64,000 nucleotides of DNA from Thermoleophilia bacterium (GTDB lineage Bacteria; Actinomycetota; Thermoleophilia; Gaiellales; JAICJC01), in contig JAICJC010000003.1 of the NCBI GenBank assembly GCA_025928655.1, positions 935 to 64,934 on the forward strand, read 5' to 3'. Numbering within the stretch: position 1 is the first letter of the stretch; every line of letters begins with the position of its first letter. Below the pieces are notes generated by a model. The model worked only from the letters and a program-made list of their open reading frames with translations, had not been told where the DNA came from and searched no databases. Positions 16,642-26,033 of the stretch are shown one piece after another. The position numbers and the translations under genes are program-made.

Positions 16642-17474
16642 GCCCGTACGACGTCCCGTCGGACGCCGGGGCGGCGGCGCAGCTCGCGCAGCAGCAGGAC
16701 GAAGCAGGCGCCCAGCGTGACCAGCTGCTCGACCACCATCACGATGCCCGCCAGCCGCTGGTCGGTGAGCGGCGAGAGCCCGAGCAGGCGGCCGGGACGG
16801 TCGGCGTAGGCCGGGTAGTAGGCGCGGAACGAGAACACGAGCGCGTCGGAGAGCACCTGGCCGGCGAAGAACATCGCGACGGTGAACGCCAGCCGGCCGG
16901 GGATCCCGAGCCGCCCGGATCCGGCCGGGTCGATCAGCTGCGTCCACGCCAGGAGGCCGACCAGCACGAACGTCAGGTGCTCGAGGTCGTGCAGCGCCGG
17001 GTGCGAAAGGGCGCGGTCGTAGACGGCCGGGATGTGCCAGACGGACACGCCGGCGACCCACACGGCGAGCGTCACGGGCGGCCGCATCAGCATGCGGGCC
17101 GCCGCGCGCAGCGGCGCCGGGGCGGCCCCCCGGAGCAGGGCGAAAGCGATCGGCCCGCGGACCGAGAGCACGAGCAACGCGGCGCCGGCATCCGACAGGA
17201 GCACGTGCTCGAGCATGTGGGCGCAGAGCAGGTAGCGCTCGCCGGCGCGGTTGAGCGGCGAGACCAGCGGCCCCAGCATGACGACGAGCCCGCAGGCGAA
17301 GAGGGCCGCGCGCGTCCACGGCGCCAGCGCCCGGTCGCGGCGGCGGACGCGGGTGAACGCCGGGACGTAGACGGCGGCTGCGACCAGGGCGAAGGCGAGC
17401 GGCGCCGGGTGGAGGTGCCACGCCCCCGCGATGGCGGAGGCCGGCACGTCGTGTGCGACGAGGAGCGGCGGCAT
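16638..17474 (-). CDS. cytochrome c oxidase assembly factor CtaG-like (Caa3_CtaG/CopD-related) membrane protein
   Basis: Multi-TM protein with His-bearing helices CAHMLEHVLL and LHDLEHLTFVLVG. It lies 6 nt downstream of a paralogue. Confidence 0.75.
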   Translation of the reverse strand: MPPLLVAHDVPASAIAGAWHLHPAPLAFALVAAAVYVPAFTRVRRRDRALAPWTRAALFACGLVVMLGPLVSPLNRAGERYLLCAHMLEHVLLSDAGAALLVLSVRGPIAFALLRGAAPAPLRAAARMLMRPPVTLAVWVAGVSVWHIPAVYDRALSHPALHDLEHLTFVLVGLLAWTQLIDPAGSGRLGIPGRLAFTVAMFFAGQVLSDALVFSFRAYYPAYADRPGRLLGLSPLTDQRLAGIVMVVEQLVTLGACFVLLLRELRRRPGVRRDVVRA

Positions 17475-17480
17475 GGCGGG

Positions 17481-18296
17481 CTAATCCTCTCGCGCCCGGG
17501 CCCGGGCCTGCGCGGCCTCACGGGCCAGCGCCGCGTCCGCCTGGCGGTCGGCCCGCTCCTGGTCCTCGTCCAGGAGCCGCAGCAGCGTCGTCGTGATGGC
17601 GGTGAGGAACACGGCCGACTGCTCGGCCGTCATCAGCACGCCGCCCAGGTTCTGGTCGCGCGCGGCGGAGATCCCCCACAGCCGCGGCGCGCGCACGTAG
17701 TAGGGGTAGAGCGGGTCGGGGATGAAGGTGTAGGCGAGCCCGAGGAACGAGGCAGCCACGAACGCGCACAGCAGGTAGAGCACCGCCACCCCCGAGCCCA
17801 TCCGGCGGACTCCGGGCACGATGACGGGCCACCAGAACGCCAGCCCGATCAGGATCAGGAAGGCGTGCTCGACGTTCAGCGCGTACGGGTGCTCGAGCGC
17901 GTAGGTGTACGGGCGGGTCAGGTGCACGCTGTACCACCCGACCACCCACAGCGGCCAGCTCAGGCCGGCGTGCGTGAGGGCCGCCGCCGGCCCCAGGCGG
18001 CGCAGGATGCCCGCCCCCATCTCCGGCGTCAGGCCGAGCAGGAGCAGGGGCGGCGCGATGTCGGCGATGAGCGCGTTCTGGACGAGGTGGCCCATCAGCA
18101 GATAGTTCACCGCAATCGTTTCCAGCGGCGAGTTCACCGTGACCGCGATCAGGACGGCGCCGGTCGCGAACGCCGCCTGCCGCCACCCGGGGACGGCGGC
18201 GCGGCGGGCGCTCCGCAGATAGGCGGCCAGCGCGACCGCGGCCGCCACGGCGAAGAGCGGCTCGAACGTGAACGAGCTCGCCGGGGGCGCGGTCAC
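17481..18296 (-). CDS. second CtaG-like (Caa3_CtaG/CopD-related) membrane protein
   Basis: Track ORF 17481..18785 was trimmed to in-frame GTG 18296 because the upstream part overlaps the DyP gene. Motifs LLMGHLVQNALIAD and NVEHAFLILIGLAFWWP. Confidence 0.7.
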   Translation of the reverse strand: MTAPPASSFTFEPLFAVAAAVALAAYLRSARRAAVPGWRQAAFATGAVLIAVTVNSPLETIAVNYLLMGHLVQNALIADIAPPLLLLGLTPEMGAGILRRLGPAAALTHAGLSWPLWVVGWYSVHLTRPYTYALEHPYALNVEHAFLILIGLAFWWPVIVPGVRRMGSGVAVLYLLCAFVAASFLGLAYTFIPDPLYPYYVRAPRLWGISAARDQNLGGVLMTAEQSAVFLTAITTTLLRLLDEDQERADRQADAALAREAAQARARARED

Positions 18297-18472
18297 CGCT
18301 CGAGCTTGGTGCGCCGGCGGCGCGCGGAGCGCGCCTCCTGCCAGGCGGCGAGCTCCTGGTCGTCCAGGTCGGGCGGCGGCCCGGAGCGCATGTGCCACCA
18401 GAACCAGCCCAGGAATCCCAGGCCGGCCGCCGCCGGGATCAGATGCGGCAGATGCTCGACGATCAGCTGCAC
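18293..18472 (-). CDS. candidate 59-aa single-TM protein
   Basis: This is the 3' tail of shadow ORF 18293..20281, read from GTG 18472: VQLIVEHLPHLIPAAAGLGFLGWFWWHMRSGPPPDLDDQELAAWQEARSARRRRTKLER. Its stop overlaps the CtaG-like start (GTGA). The SD spacing is poor. Confidence 0.3.
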   Translation of the reverse strand: MQLIVEHLPHLIPAAAGLGFLGWFWWHMRSGPPPDLDDQELAAWQEARSARRRRTKLER

Positions 18473-18511
18473 TCTCCGAACTGTAGAACTGCCCCGCGGC
18501 CCGGGCCGCGG

Positions 18512-18517
18512 TAGAAT
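18512..18517 (+). promoter_or_regulatory. -10-like TAGAAT, 9 nt upstream of the DyP ATG (near-leaderless transcript?)
   Basis: The sequence is ggTAGAATcccgcccgcATG. There is no SD and no convincing -35. Confidence 0.3.
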
Positions 18518-18526
18518 CCCGCCCGC

Positions 18527-19699
18527 ATGAGCCGGCCCATCTCGCGGAAGCACCTCCTGCGTCTGGCTGGAGCGGCGGGCGGCGGCCTTGCCCTGGGCGC
18601 AGCCGGCTACACCCGCCTCGACGGCGGGTCGGCGGCCAGCGCGGAGTCCCAGGCCGAGCCGTTCCACGGCGCGCACCAGGGCGGGATCGTGACGCCGCAG
18701 CCCAAATACCTCCAGTTCGCGTCCTACGACGTGACGGCGGGCGGCAAGGCCGGGCTGCGCGACCTGATGCGGTCGCTGACCGCAACCGCCGCCGGCCTGA
18801 CGGCGGGCAAGGCGGGGAACGAGGAGTTCCATCCCGCCCGGCTCACGATCACCATCGGCCTCGGCGCGAGCGCCTTCGACTCCCGCTTCGGCCTCGCCGC
18901 CCGCAGGCCTCCGGCACTCGTCGACATGCCGGCCTTCAAGGGCGACAAGCTCAAGCCGGAGCTGACCGGCGGCGACATCGGCGTCCAGTGCTGCGCGACC
19001 AGCCACGAGGTGGTCGACCGCGCCCTGCACGCCGTCACGGCCGCCGCCCACGGCGCCGCGACCCTGCGCTGGTCGCAGTACGGCTTCGTGCGCGATCCGC
19101 TGCCGGGCGAGCGGGGCGGCACGCCCCGCAACATCCTCGGGTTCAAGGACGGCACGAACAACCTCAAGGTCGACGACGCCGCCCGGATGCGCTCGAACGT
19201 GTGGGTGAACGCGGGCGACGGGCCGGACTGGATGACGAACGGCACCTACATGGTCACCCGCAACCTCAAGGTGCTCGTGGCCAACTTCCTGATCGAGCCG
19301 ATCGACGTCCAGGAGTACGCGTTCGGCCGCAGGAAGCCGACCGGCGCGCCGTTCGGGCAGAAGACCGAATTCGCGCCCGTCATCCGGGACAAGGAGCCGC
19401 CGGACTGCCACATCATGGTCGCGAACCCGCGCCGGGCGGGCAGCGAGGCCGAGCGCATCCTGCGCCGCAGCTACACCTTCACCGACGGCTACGACGCGCA
19501 GATCTCGAACCCGACCGGCGGCCTCTTCTTCATCGCCTTCAACCGCGACCCGCGGCGCCAGTTCATCTCCATCCAGCGGCGCCTGGCGACCCACGACCGG
19601 TTCACGGTCGAGTATCCGGTGCCGCGCGGCAGCGCGATGTACGCCGTCCCGCCGGGGATCCGGCCCGGCGGTTACGTGGGCGAGTCGATCCTCGCGTGA
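18527..19699 (+). CDS. DyP-type (EfeB/DtpA-like) haem peroxidase with Tat-like signal
   Basis: N-terminus MSRPISRKHLLRLAGAAGGGLALGAAG, where RK replaces the twin arginine. It has the GFKDGTNN DyP motif and is about 390 aa. Confidence 0.85.
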   Translation: MSRPISRKHLLRLAGAAGGGLALGAAGYTRLDGGSAASAESQAEPFHGAHQGGIVTPQPKYLQFASYDVTAGGKAGLRDLMRSLTATAAGLTAGKAGNEEFHPARLTITIGLGASAFDSRFGLAARRPPALVDMPAFKGDKLKPELTGGDIGVQCCATSHEVVDRALHAVTAAAHGAATLRWSQYGFVRDPLPGERGGTPRNILGFKDGTNNLKVDDAARMRSNVWVNAGDGPDWMTNGTYMVTRNLKVLVANFLIEPIDVQEYAFGRRKPTGAPFGQKTEFAPVIRDKEPPDCHIMVANPRRAGSEAERILRRSYTFTDGYDAQISNPTGGLFFIAFNRDPRRQFISIQRRLATHDRFTVEYPVPRGSAMYAVPPGIRPGGYVGESILA

Positions 19700-20199
19700 C
19701 GGCGTCGACGGCGCCGGCCGCGATCGCGACCCTCGCGGCGACCGACTGGGACGACGTCGCCCGCATCTACGCCGAAGGCATCGCCACCCTGGCGACGTTC
19801 GAGACCGAGGTGCCGGCCTGGGAGCAATGGGACCGGGCGCACCTGCCGGCCCACCGGCTGGTCGCCCGCGACGAAGGTCGCGTCGTCGGCTGGGCGGCGC
19901 TCGCGCCCGTGAGCTCGCGCTGCGTCTACGCCGGCGTCGCCGAGGTGAGCGTGTACGTGGCCGCCGATGCGCGCGGCCGCGGCATCGGAACGGCGCTGCT
20001 CGCCGCCCTGGTGAAATCGTCCGAGGCCGGCGGCGTGTGGACGCTCGAGGCCGGGATCCTGCCGGAGAACGAGGCCAGCGTACGGATGCACGAGCGGTGC
20101 GGGTTCCGGGTGGTCGGCCGGCGCGAGCGGCTGGGCCGGATGCGCGGCGAGTGGCGCGACGTCCTGCTGCTCGAGCGGCGCAGCACGGTGGCCGGCTAG
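19696..20199 (+). CDS. GNAT N-acetyltransferase (phosphinothricin acetyltransferase-like)
   Basis: GTG 19696 overlaps the DyP stop (GTGA). Motifs VYVAADARGRGIGTALL and NEASVRMHERCGFRVVG. Confidence 0.8.
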   Translation: MTASTAPAAIATLAATDWDDVARIYAEGIATLATFETEVPAWEQWDRAHLPAHRLVARDEGRVVGWAALAPVSSRCVYAGVAEVSVYVAADARGRGIGTALLAALVKSSEAGGVWTLEAGILPENEASVRMHERCGFRVVGRRERLGRMRGEWRDVLLLERRSTVAG

Positions 20200-21119
20200 T
20201 GCAGTCGCTCGGGGGCAGGCTCGCAGGCGGGAAGACGCCCGCCCTCGAGCGCTGGGGCGTCGACTCCGAGCACGGGCGCATGCGCGACGTGCTCCTGGGC
20301 GATCCGGCCGAGTTCCGCTGGCTGGGGACCGAGAATGCGACCTACTCGGCGCTCGTGCGCGACACGCTGCGGCGCGGTCACCGCTTCGACAAGGAGCGGG
20401 CGCTGGCGCAGCACGGCGAGATGGTCGACGCGTTTCGGGACGCCGGCGTCACCGTCCACATGGTGCCGGCCCGCCAGGAGCTGGCCTACGGCGTGTACAC
20501 CCGCGACTCGAGCGTGATGACGCCGTGGGGGGCGATCGTGTGCCAGCTCGCGAACCCGCGCCGGCGGGGCGAGTACGCCGCCTGCCTCGACTTCTACGCC
20601 GGCGCCGGCATCCCGGTCTACGACCTCGTCACGGCGGGCAACTTCGAGGGCGGCGACTTCGCGCTCGTCGCGCCGGGCGCCGTCCTGATCGGCTACACCG
20701 GCGTGCGCAGCGAGGAGGTGGGCGCACGCCAGGTGGGCGGCTGGCTGGAGGCGGAGGGGTACGACGTCTGCTACGCGCCCATCGACGAGTTCTACGTCCA
20801 CCTCGACCTGATGGTGTGCATGGTGGCGCCGGGCCTCGCGGCCGTCTGCCCCGATACGACCGACCCGGTCGTCGTGCGCTGGCTCGAGTCGAAGGGCATC
20901 GAGATCGTGCCGGTCGGCTTCCGCGAGACGGTCGGCCTCGGCTGCAACGTGGTCGCGCTGGGCGGCGACCGCGTCATCTCGTCCGCGTTCGCGACCGAGC
21001 TGAACGGGCGCCTGCGCGCGCTCGGTCTGACCGTGTACGACCCGGACATGAGCCAGTTTCAGCTCGCCGGCGGCGGCGTGCACTGCCTGTGCCAGCCGCT
21101 GCGGCGCGACCCGGCGTAG
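20199..21119 (+). CDS. amidinotransferase-fold enzyme (DDAH / arginine-deiminase-like)
   Basis: GTG 20199 overlaps the GNAT stop codon TAG by 1 nt. Motifs EHGRMRDVLLG.. and FEGGDF. The C-terminal catalytic-Cys region is GGGVHCLCQPL. Confidence 0.75.
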   Translation: MQSLGGRLAGGKTPALERWGVDSEHGRMRDVLLGDPAEFRWLGTENATYSALVRDTLRRGHRFDKERALAQHGEMVDAFRDAGVTVHMVPARQELAYGVYTRDSSVMTPWGAIVCQLANPRRRGEYAACLDFYAGAGIPVYDLVTAGNFEGGDFALVAPGAVLIGYTGVRSEEVGARQVGGWLEAEGYDVCYAPIDEFYVHLDLMVCMVAPGLAAVCPDTTDPVVVRWLESKGIEIVPVGFRETVGLGCNVVALGGDRVISSAFATELNGRLRALGLTVYDPDMSQFQLAGGGVHCLCQPLRRDPA

Positions 21120-21122
21120 GCC

Positions 21123-22106
<984 letters not shown>

Positions 22107-22165
22107 GGACGCATCCTCCCGCTTGTCGCGCAGGATCGCGAGCCGGCCCGTCGTATCCTCCTGGG

Positions 22166-24370
22166 ATGAGCCGGGTGCGACGGCATCATGGCGCGATCTG
22201 GTGGGTGGGGGCCCTCGGCGCCGCGGTTGCCGCAGCCTGGTGGCTGTTCGCCGGCTCCGGCACCGCGTGGTACTGGCGCGCCGGCCCGGCGCTGATCTGG
22301 CTGGTCCTTCTGGCTGCCGCCGGAGGGGCCGCGATCACCGCCGCCCGCCGCAGCGACCGCCACGACGCGCTCGGCCGCGCGGTGATGGCCTCGTCGCCGG
22401 ACGCGATCGTCGTGGTCGACGAGCACGGGGCCGTGGTCGAGCTCAACCCGGCCGCCGAGCGCATGTTCGGCCGTTCCCGCGACGCCGTCGTCGGCCGCGC
22501 CCTCGGCGACGGGATGCTGCCCGGCGACGCCGTCTGGGCGCAGGAGGGGCGGCAGGAGGTGACGGCGCGCCGGGCCGACGGGGAGGCGTTCCCGGTCGAG
22601 GTGTCCGCGGCGCCCGTCGTCGGCCTGGCCGAGCGCCTGCAGGTCCTGCACGTGCGCGACCTGGGCGAGCGGCGCCGCTCCGACCGCGCCGCCTCCGACC
22701 TGGCGGCGATCGTGCAGTCGTCCGACGACGCCATCGTGTCGCTCTCCCCGGAGGGCCTGATCGAGTCGTGGAACCCGGGCGCGGAGCGGCTCTACGGCCA
22801 CACGGCGGCGGAGGCGATCGGCCGCCAGATCTCGATCGTCGAGCCGCGCGGGCGCCCCGGCGAGACGCCGGCGATGCTCGCGCTCGTGCGCCGCGGCCAG
22901 GCGGTGGAGGGGCTCGAGACGCTGCGCGTGCGCCGGGACGGCTCCGAGGTGCACGTGTCGCTCTCGGTCTCGCCGATCGTCGACGCGGCCGGCGAGGTGA
23001 TCGGCATCGCGGAGATCGGGCGCGACATCACCGCCCGCAAGCAGGTCGACCGCCGCGTCGCCTATCTGGCCTACCACGACGACCTGACCGGGCTGCCGAA
23101 CCGGCTGATGTTCGCGGAGCATCTCGACCTGGCGCTCGCCCGCGCCCAGCGGCACGGGCGCGAGGTGGCGGTGCTCTACGTCGACCTCGACGACTTCAAG
23201 CACGTGAACGACACCTACGGGCACGGGGCCGGCGACCAGCTTCTGCGCCAGGTCGCGCGCAGGCTCGAGCGCGCGACCCGCGCCACCGATCTGGTCGCGC
23301 GCCACGGCGGCGACGAGTTCCTCGTGCTCGCGGCCGACCTCCCGGCGGACGGCTCGCCGGGCGCGCGCGAGATCTCCGGCACGATCGCCGACCACATCGC
23401 CCACGCCCTGTCCGTCCCGGCCACGATCGACGGGGCGACCATCGCGGCCGGCGGCAGCGTCGGGATCGCGGTCTACCCGGAGGACGCGGGCAGCCGCGAC
23501 GAGCTCCTGCGCCGAGCCGACGCCGCGATGTACCGCTCGAAGGAGGTCGCCCGCCGCTCCCCCGGGGCCGCGGCGGGCCCCGGCAGGGCGCAGGTGCCGC
23601 TCACCGCCCGCATGCAGCTCGCCCTGGAGCGGGGGGAGTTCGTCCTGCACTACCAGCCGATCCTGCGGCTCGAGGACATGCGCATGGTCGGCGTCGAGGC
23701 GCTCATCCGCTGGAACCACCCCGACGACGGGCTGCTGGCGCCGGCCGCGTTCATCCCCGTGGCCGAGCGCACCAACCTCATCACCGCGATCTCCGAGTGG
23801 GTGCTGGACGAGGTCTGCCGCGTCGCCCGTCCCTGGGTCACGGGCGAGATGGGCATCCAGGCGGCGGTCAACATGCCGATCGCCCGCTGGAGCCGCGACG
23901 CGGCCGACCGGTTGCTGCGGACGATCCGCGCCGGCGGGCTCGAGCCCGGCCAGATCGTGGTCGAGGTGAGCGAGTCGAGCGCCATGGTCGAGCCCGACCG
24001 CACCCAGGCGATCCTGCACGACCTTCATCGCAACGGCGTGAAGCTCGCGATCGACGACTTCGGCACCGGCCACTCGTCGCTCAGCCGGCTGACCGAGATG
24101 CCCGTGTCGACGCTGAAGATCGACCGCGCCTTCGTGCGCGACATCCCCGCGAGCACGCACGCGAACGCGATCGCGACCACGATCATCCAGCTCGCCCGCA
24201 ACATCGGCGCCGACGCCCTGGCCGAGGGTATCGAGACGCCGGAACAGTGCGAGTTCCTGAAGCGGGAGGGGTGCACCCTCGGCCAGGGCTTCCTCTTCAG
24301 CCCGGCGGTGCCGGCCGACGAGGTCGAGCCGCTCTTCGAGCGGTTCGCCCGCGAGCCCGCCACCCGCTAG
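22166..24370 (+). CDS. membrane-anchored PAS-PAS-GGDEF-EAL c-di-GMP turnover protein
   Basis: Hydrophobic N-terminal segments and two PAS segments. RHGGDEF has RATD (RxxD) five residues upstream. The EAL domain shows VEALIRW and DDFGTGHSSL. Confidence 0.9.
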   Translation: MSRVRRHHGAIWWVGALGAAVAAAWWLFAGSGTAWYWRAGPALIWLVLLAAAGGAAITAARRSDRHDALGRAVMASSPDAIVVVDEHGAVVELNPAAERMFGRSRDAVVGRALGDGMLPGDAVWAQEGRQEVTARRADGEAFPVEVSAAPVVGLAERLQVLHVRDLGERRRSDRAASDLAAIVQSSDDAIVSLSPEGLIESWNPGAERLYGHTAAEAIGRQISIVEPRGRPGETPAMLALVRRGQAVEGLETLRVRRDGSEVHVSLSVSPIVDAAGEVIGIAEIGRDITARKQVDRRVAYLAYHDDLTGLPNRLMFAEHLDLALARAQRHGREVAVLYVDLDDFKHVNDTYGHGAGDQLLRQVARRLERATRATDLVARHGGDEFLVLAADLPADGSPGAREISGTIADHIAHALSVPATIDGATIAAGGSVGIAVYPEDAGSRDELLRRADAAMYRSKEVARRSPGAAAGPGRAQVPLTARMQLALERGEFVLHYQPILRLEDMRMVGVEALIRWNHPDDGLLAPAAFIPVAERTNLITAISEWVLDEVCRVARPWVTGEMGIQAAVNMPIARWSRDAADRLLRTIRAGGLEPGQIVVEVSESSAMVEPDRTQAILHDLHRNGVKLAIDDFGTGHSSLSRLTEMPVSTLKIDRAFVRDIPASTHANAIATTIIQLARNIGADALAEGIETPEQCEFLKREGCTLGQGFLFSPAVPADEVEPLFERFAREPATR

Positions 24371-24380
24371 CGCGCCCGGT

Positions 24381-24410
24381 GGGGACTGTCCCCGGGCGGG
24401 GACAGTCCCC
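24381..24410. terminator. tandem inverted GGGGACTGTCCCC / GGGGACAGTCCCC (13-bp stem, 4-nt loop), likely bidirectional terminator
   Basis: The sequence is ggggactgtcccc-gggc-ggggacagtcccc. It lies between the convergent GGDEF-EAL and MFS stops. Confidence 0.55.
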
Positions 24411-24425
24411 CGATGCGTCCGCGCC

Positions 24426-25898
24426 TCAGGCGGCCTGCTCGAGCGCGAGCTCGGGCTCGGGCTCGGCCGGGGCCATCGCGGGCGCCGACTCGACGACGAC
24501 CGCCGCGACCACCGCGGCCAGGGCCGCGATCCCGGCGAGGGCCCAGAACGCCGAGGCGAAGCCGTGCGTCAGGGCGACGCCGGCGGCCGCGCCCGGGTGT
24601 GACCCGAGGTAGTGGCTGGTCGAGGTTGCGGCGATGGTCGTCGCCGCGGCCACGCCGATCGCGCCGCCCACCTGCTGGGCGGTGTTGACCAGGCCGGAGG
24701 CCACCCCGGCGTCGCCGGCCCGGACGCCGGCCAGGGCCCCGATCGTCAGGGGCACGAAGCCCAGCGCCATCCCGATCCCGCCGATCAGGAACCCGGGGAA
24801 GAGGTTCCAGAAGTAGTGGCCGGACACGGGCAGCTCGGCGAAGAGCGCGAGCGCCGTCGCCGACATCGCCAGGCCGACGGGCAGCACCCGGCGCACGCCG
24901 AACCGCAGGGCCAGCGCCTGGGACACGTTCGCGACCACGATGATGGCCAGCGTGAGCGTGATGTAGGCGACGCCGGTCTGCATCGCCGAGTACCCCAGCA
25001 CCTGCTGCATGTACAGCGTCAGCAGGAAGAACTGGGAGAACGTGGCCGCCCCCAGCAGCACGCCGGCGACGTTCGAGCCGGTCAGCGTGCGCAGGCGGAA
25101 GAGCCGCATCGGCAGGAGCGGCGCCTCCGAGCGCAGCTCGATGCCGACGAACGCGGCCACCAGGACGGCGGACGCGGCCAGGAGGCCGATCGTCTCGGCG
25201 GTGCCCCAGCCGTGCTGGACGGCCCGGGTCATGGCGTAGACGAGAATCATCAGCCCGCCCGTGATCGACGCGGCGCCGGGCAGGTCGAAGTGCCGCCGCG
25301 CCGTCTCCACCCGGCTCTCGGTCAGGAGCCGCGGACTCAGGAAGAGCACGGCGGCGCCAACCGGGACGTTGATGAAGAACACCCACGACCAGCTGAGCGA
25401 GCTCGTGAGCGCGCCGCCCAGCAGGACGCCGGCAGCGCCGCCGCTGCCCGAGACGGCGCCCCAGATCCCGAGCGCCTTGTTGCGCTCGCGACCTTCCTCG
25501 AACATGACCGTCAGGGTCGAGAGCGCCGCCGGCGAGACCAGCGCGGCGCCCAGCCCCTGAAGCGCCCGGAAGGCGATCAGCGACCCTTCCGACCAGGCCA
25601 GCCCGTCGAGGAGCGAGCTGATCGTGAAGAGCGCCAGGCCGGCCATGAAGAGCCGCCGGCGGCCGAGCAGGTCGGCCATCCGGCCGCCGAGCAGGAGCAT
25701 GCCTCCGAAGAGGATCGCATAGGCGGTGACGACCCACTGCAGGCTCGACTCGCTGAAGCCGAGGTCGGTCTTGATCGTGGGCAGGGCCACGTTCACGATC
25801 GCCACGTCGAGGACGACCATGAACTGGGCTGTTACGATCACCGCAAGGCCCACCCAGCGCCGGTCGGCGCCGGCCAGGCGGTTCAGGAGGGATTGCAT
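24426..25898 (-). CDS. MFS transporter, DHA2 (EmrB/QacA) family
   Basis: ATG 25898 (residue 33 of the track ORF) with GGAGGTGGAAG upstream. 14-TM pattern. Motifs FMVVLDVAIVNVALPTI and LGGRMADLLGRRR. Confidence 0.85.
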   Translation of the reverse strand: MQSLLNRLAGADRRWVGLAVIVTAQFMVVLDVAIVNVALPTIKTDLGFSESSLQWVVTAYAILFGGMLLLGGRMADLLGRRRLFMAGLALFTISSLLDGLAWSEGSLIAFRALQGLGAALVSPAALSTLTVMFEEGRERNKALGIWGAVSGSGGAAGVLLGGALTSSLSWSWVFFINVPVGAAVLFLSPRLLTESRVETARRHFDLPGAASITGGLMILVYAMTRAVQHGWGTAETIGLLAASAVLVAAFVGIELRSEAPLLPMRLFRLRTLTGSNVAGVLLGAATFSQFFLLTLYMQQVLGYSAMQTGVAYITLTLAIIVVANVSQALALRFGVRRVLPVGLAMSATALALFAELPVSGHYFWNLFPGFLIGGIGMALGFVPLTIGALAGVRAGDAGVASGLVNTAQQVGGAIGVAAATTIAATSTSHYLGSHPGAAAGVALTHGFASAFWALAGIAALAAVVAAVVVESAPAMAPAEPEPELALEQAA

Positions 25899-25987
25899 CT
25901 TCCACCTCCGCGTGGATTGCATCGGAATCCCGACACGATGCCTGCGGCGGCATGCGGGCGAAATACGGCCCCCTGGCCTCCGTGGGT

Positions 25988-26022
25988 GGGGCAACCCGAA
26001 CTCCGGGCCGGGCGGTTGCCCC
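25988..26022 (-). terminator. GC hairpin downstream of the CHD-REC-LuxR gene
   Basis: The stem is ggggcaacc / ggttgcccc (9 bp) with a 17-nt partly self-paired loop. It lies 12 nt after the stop at 26034. Confidence 0.45.
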
Positions 26023-26033
26023 GGATGGCCGGT

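Noticed and set aside
15165-18530. 1121-aa plus-strand ORF, the longest in this part of the track
   Set aside because: The translation is Arg/Gly/Pro/Ala/Asp-rich and low-complexity with no recognisable domain. It runs in a different frame over the permease gene and antisense to the two CtaG-like genes, all of which have clear family signatures. This is a typical high-GC shadow frame.
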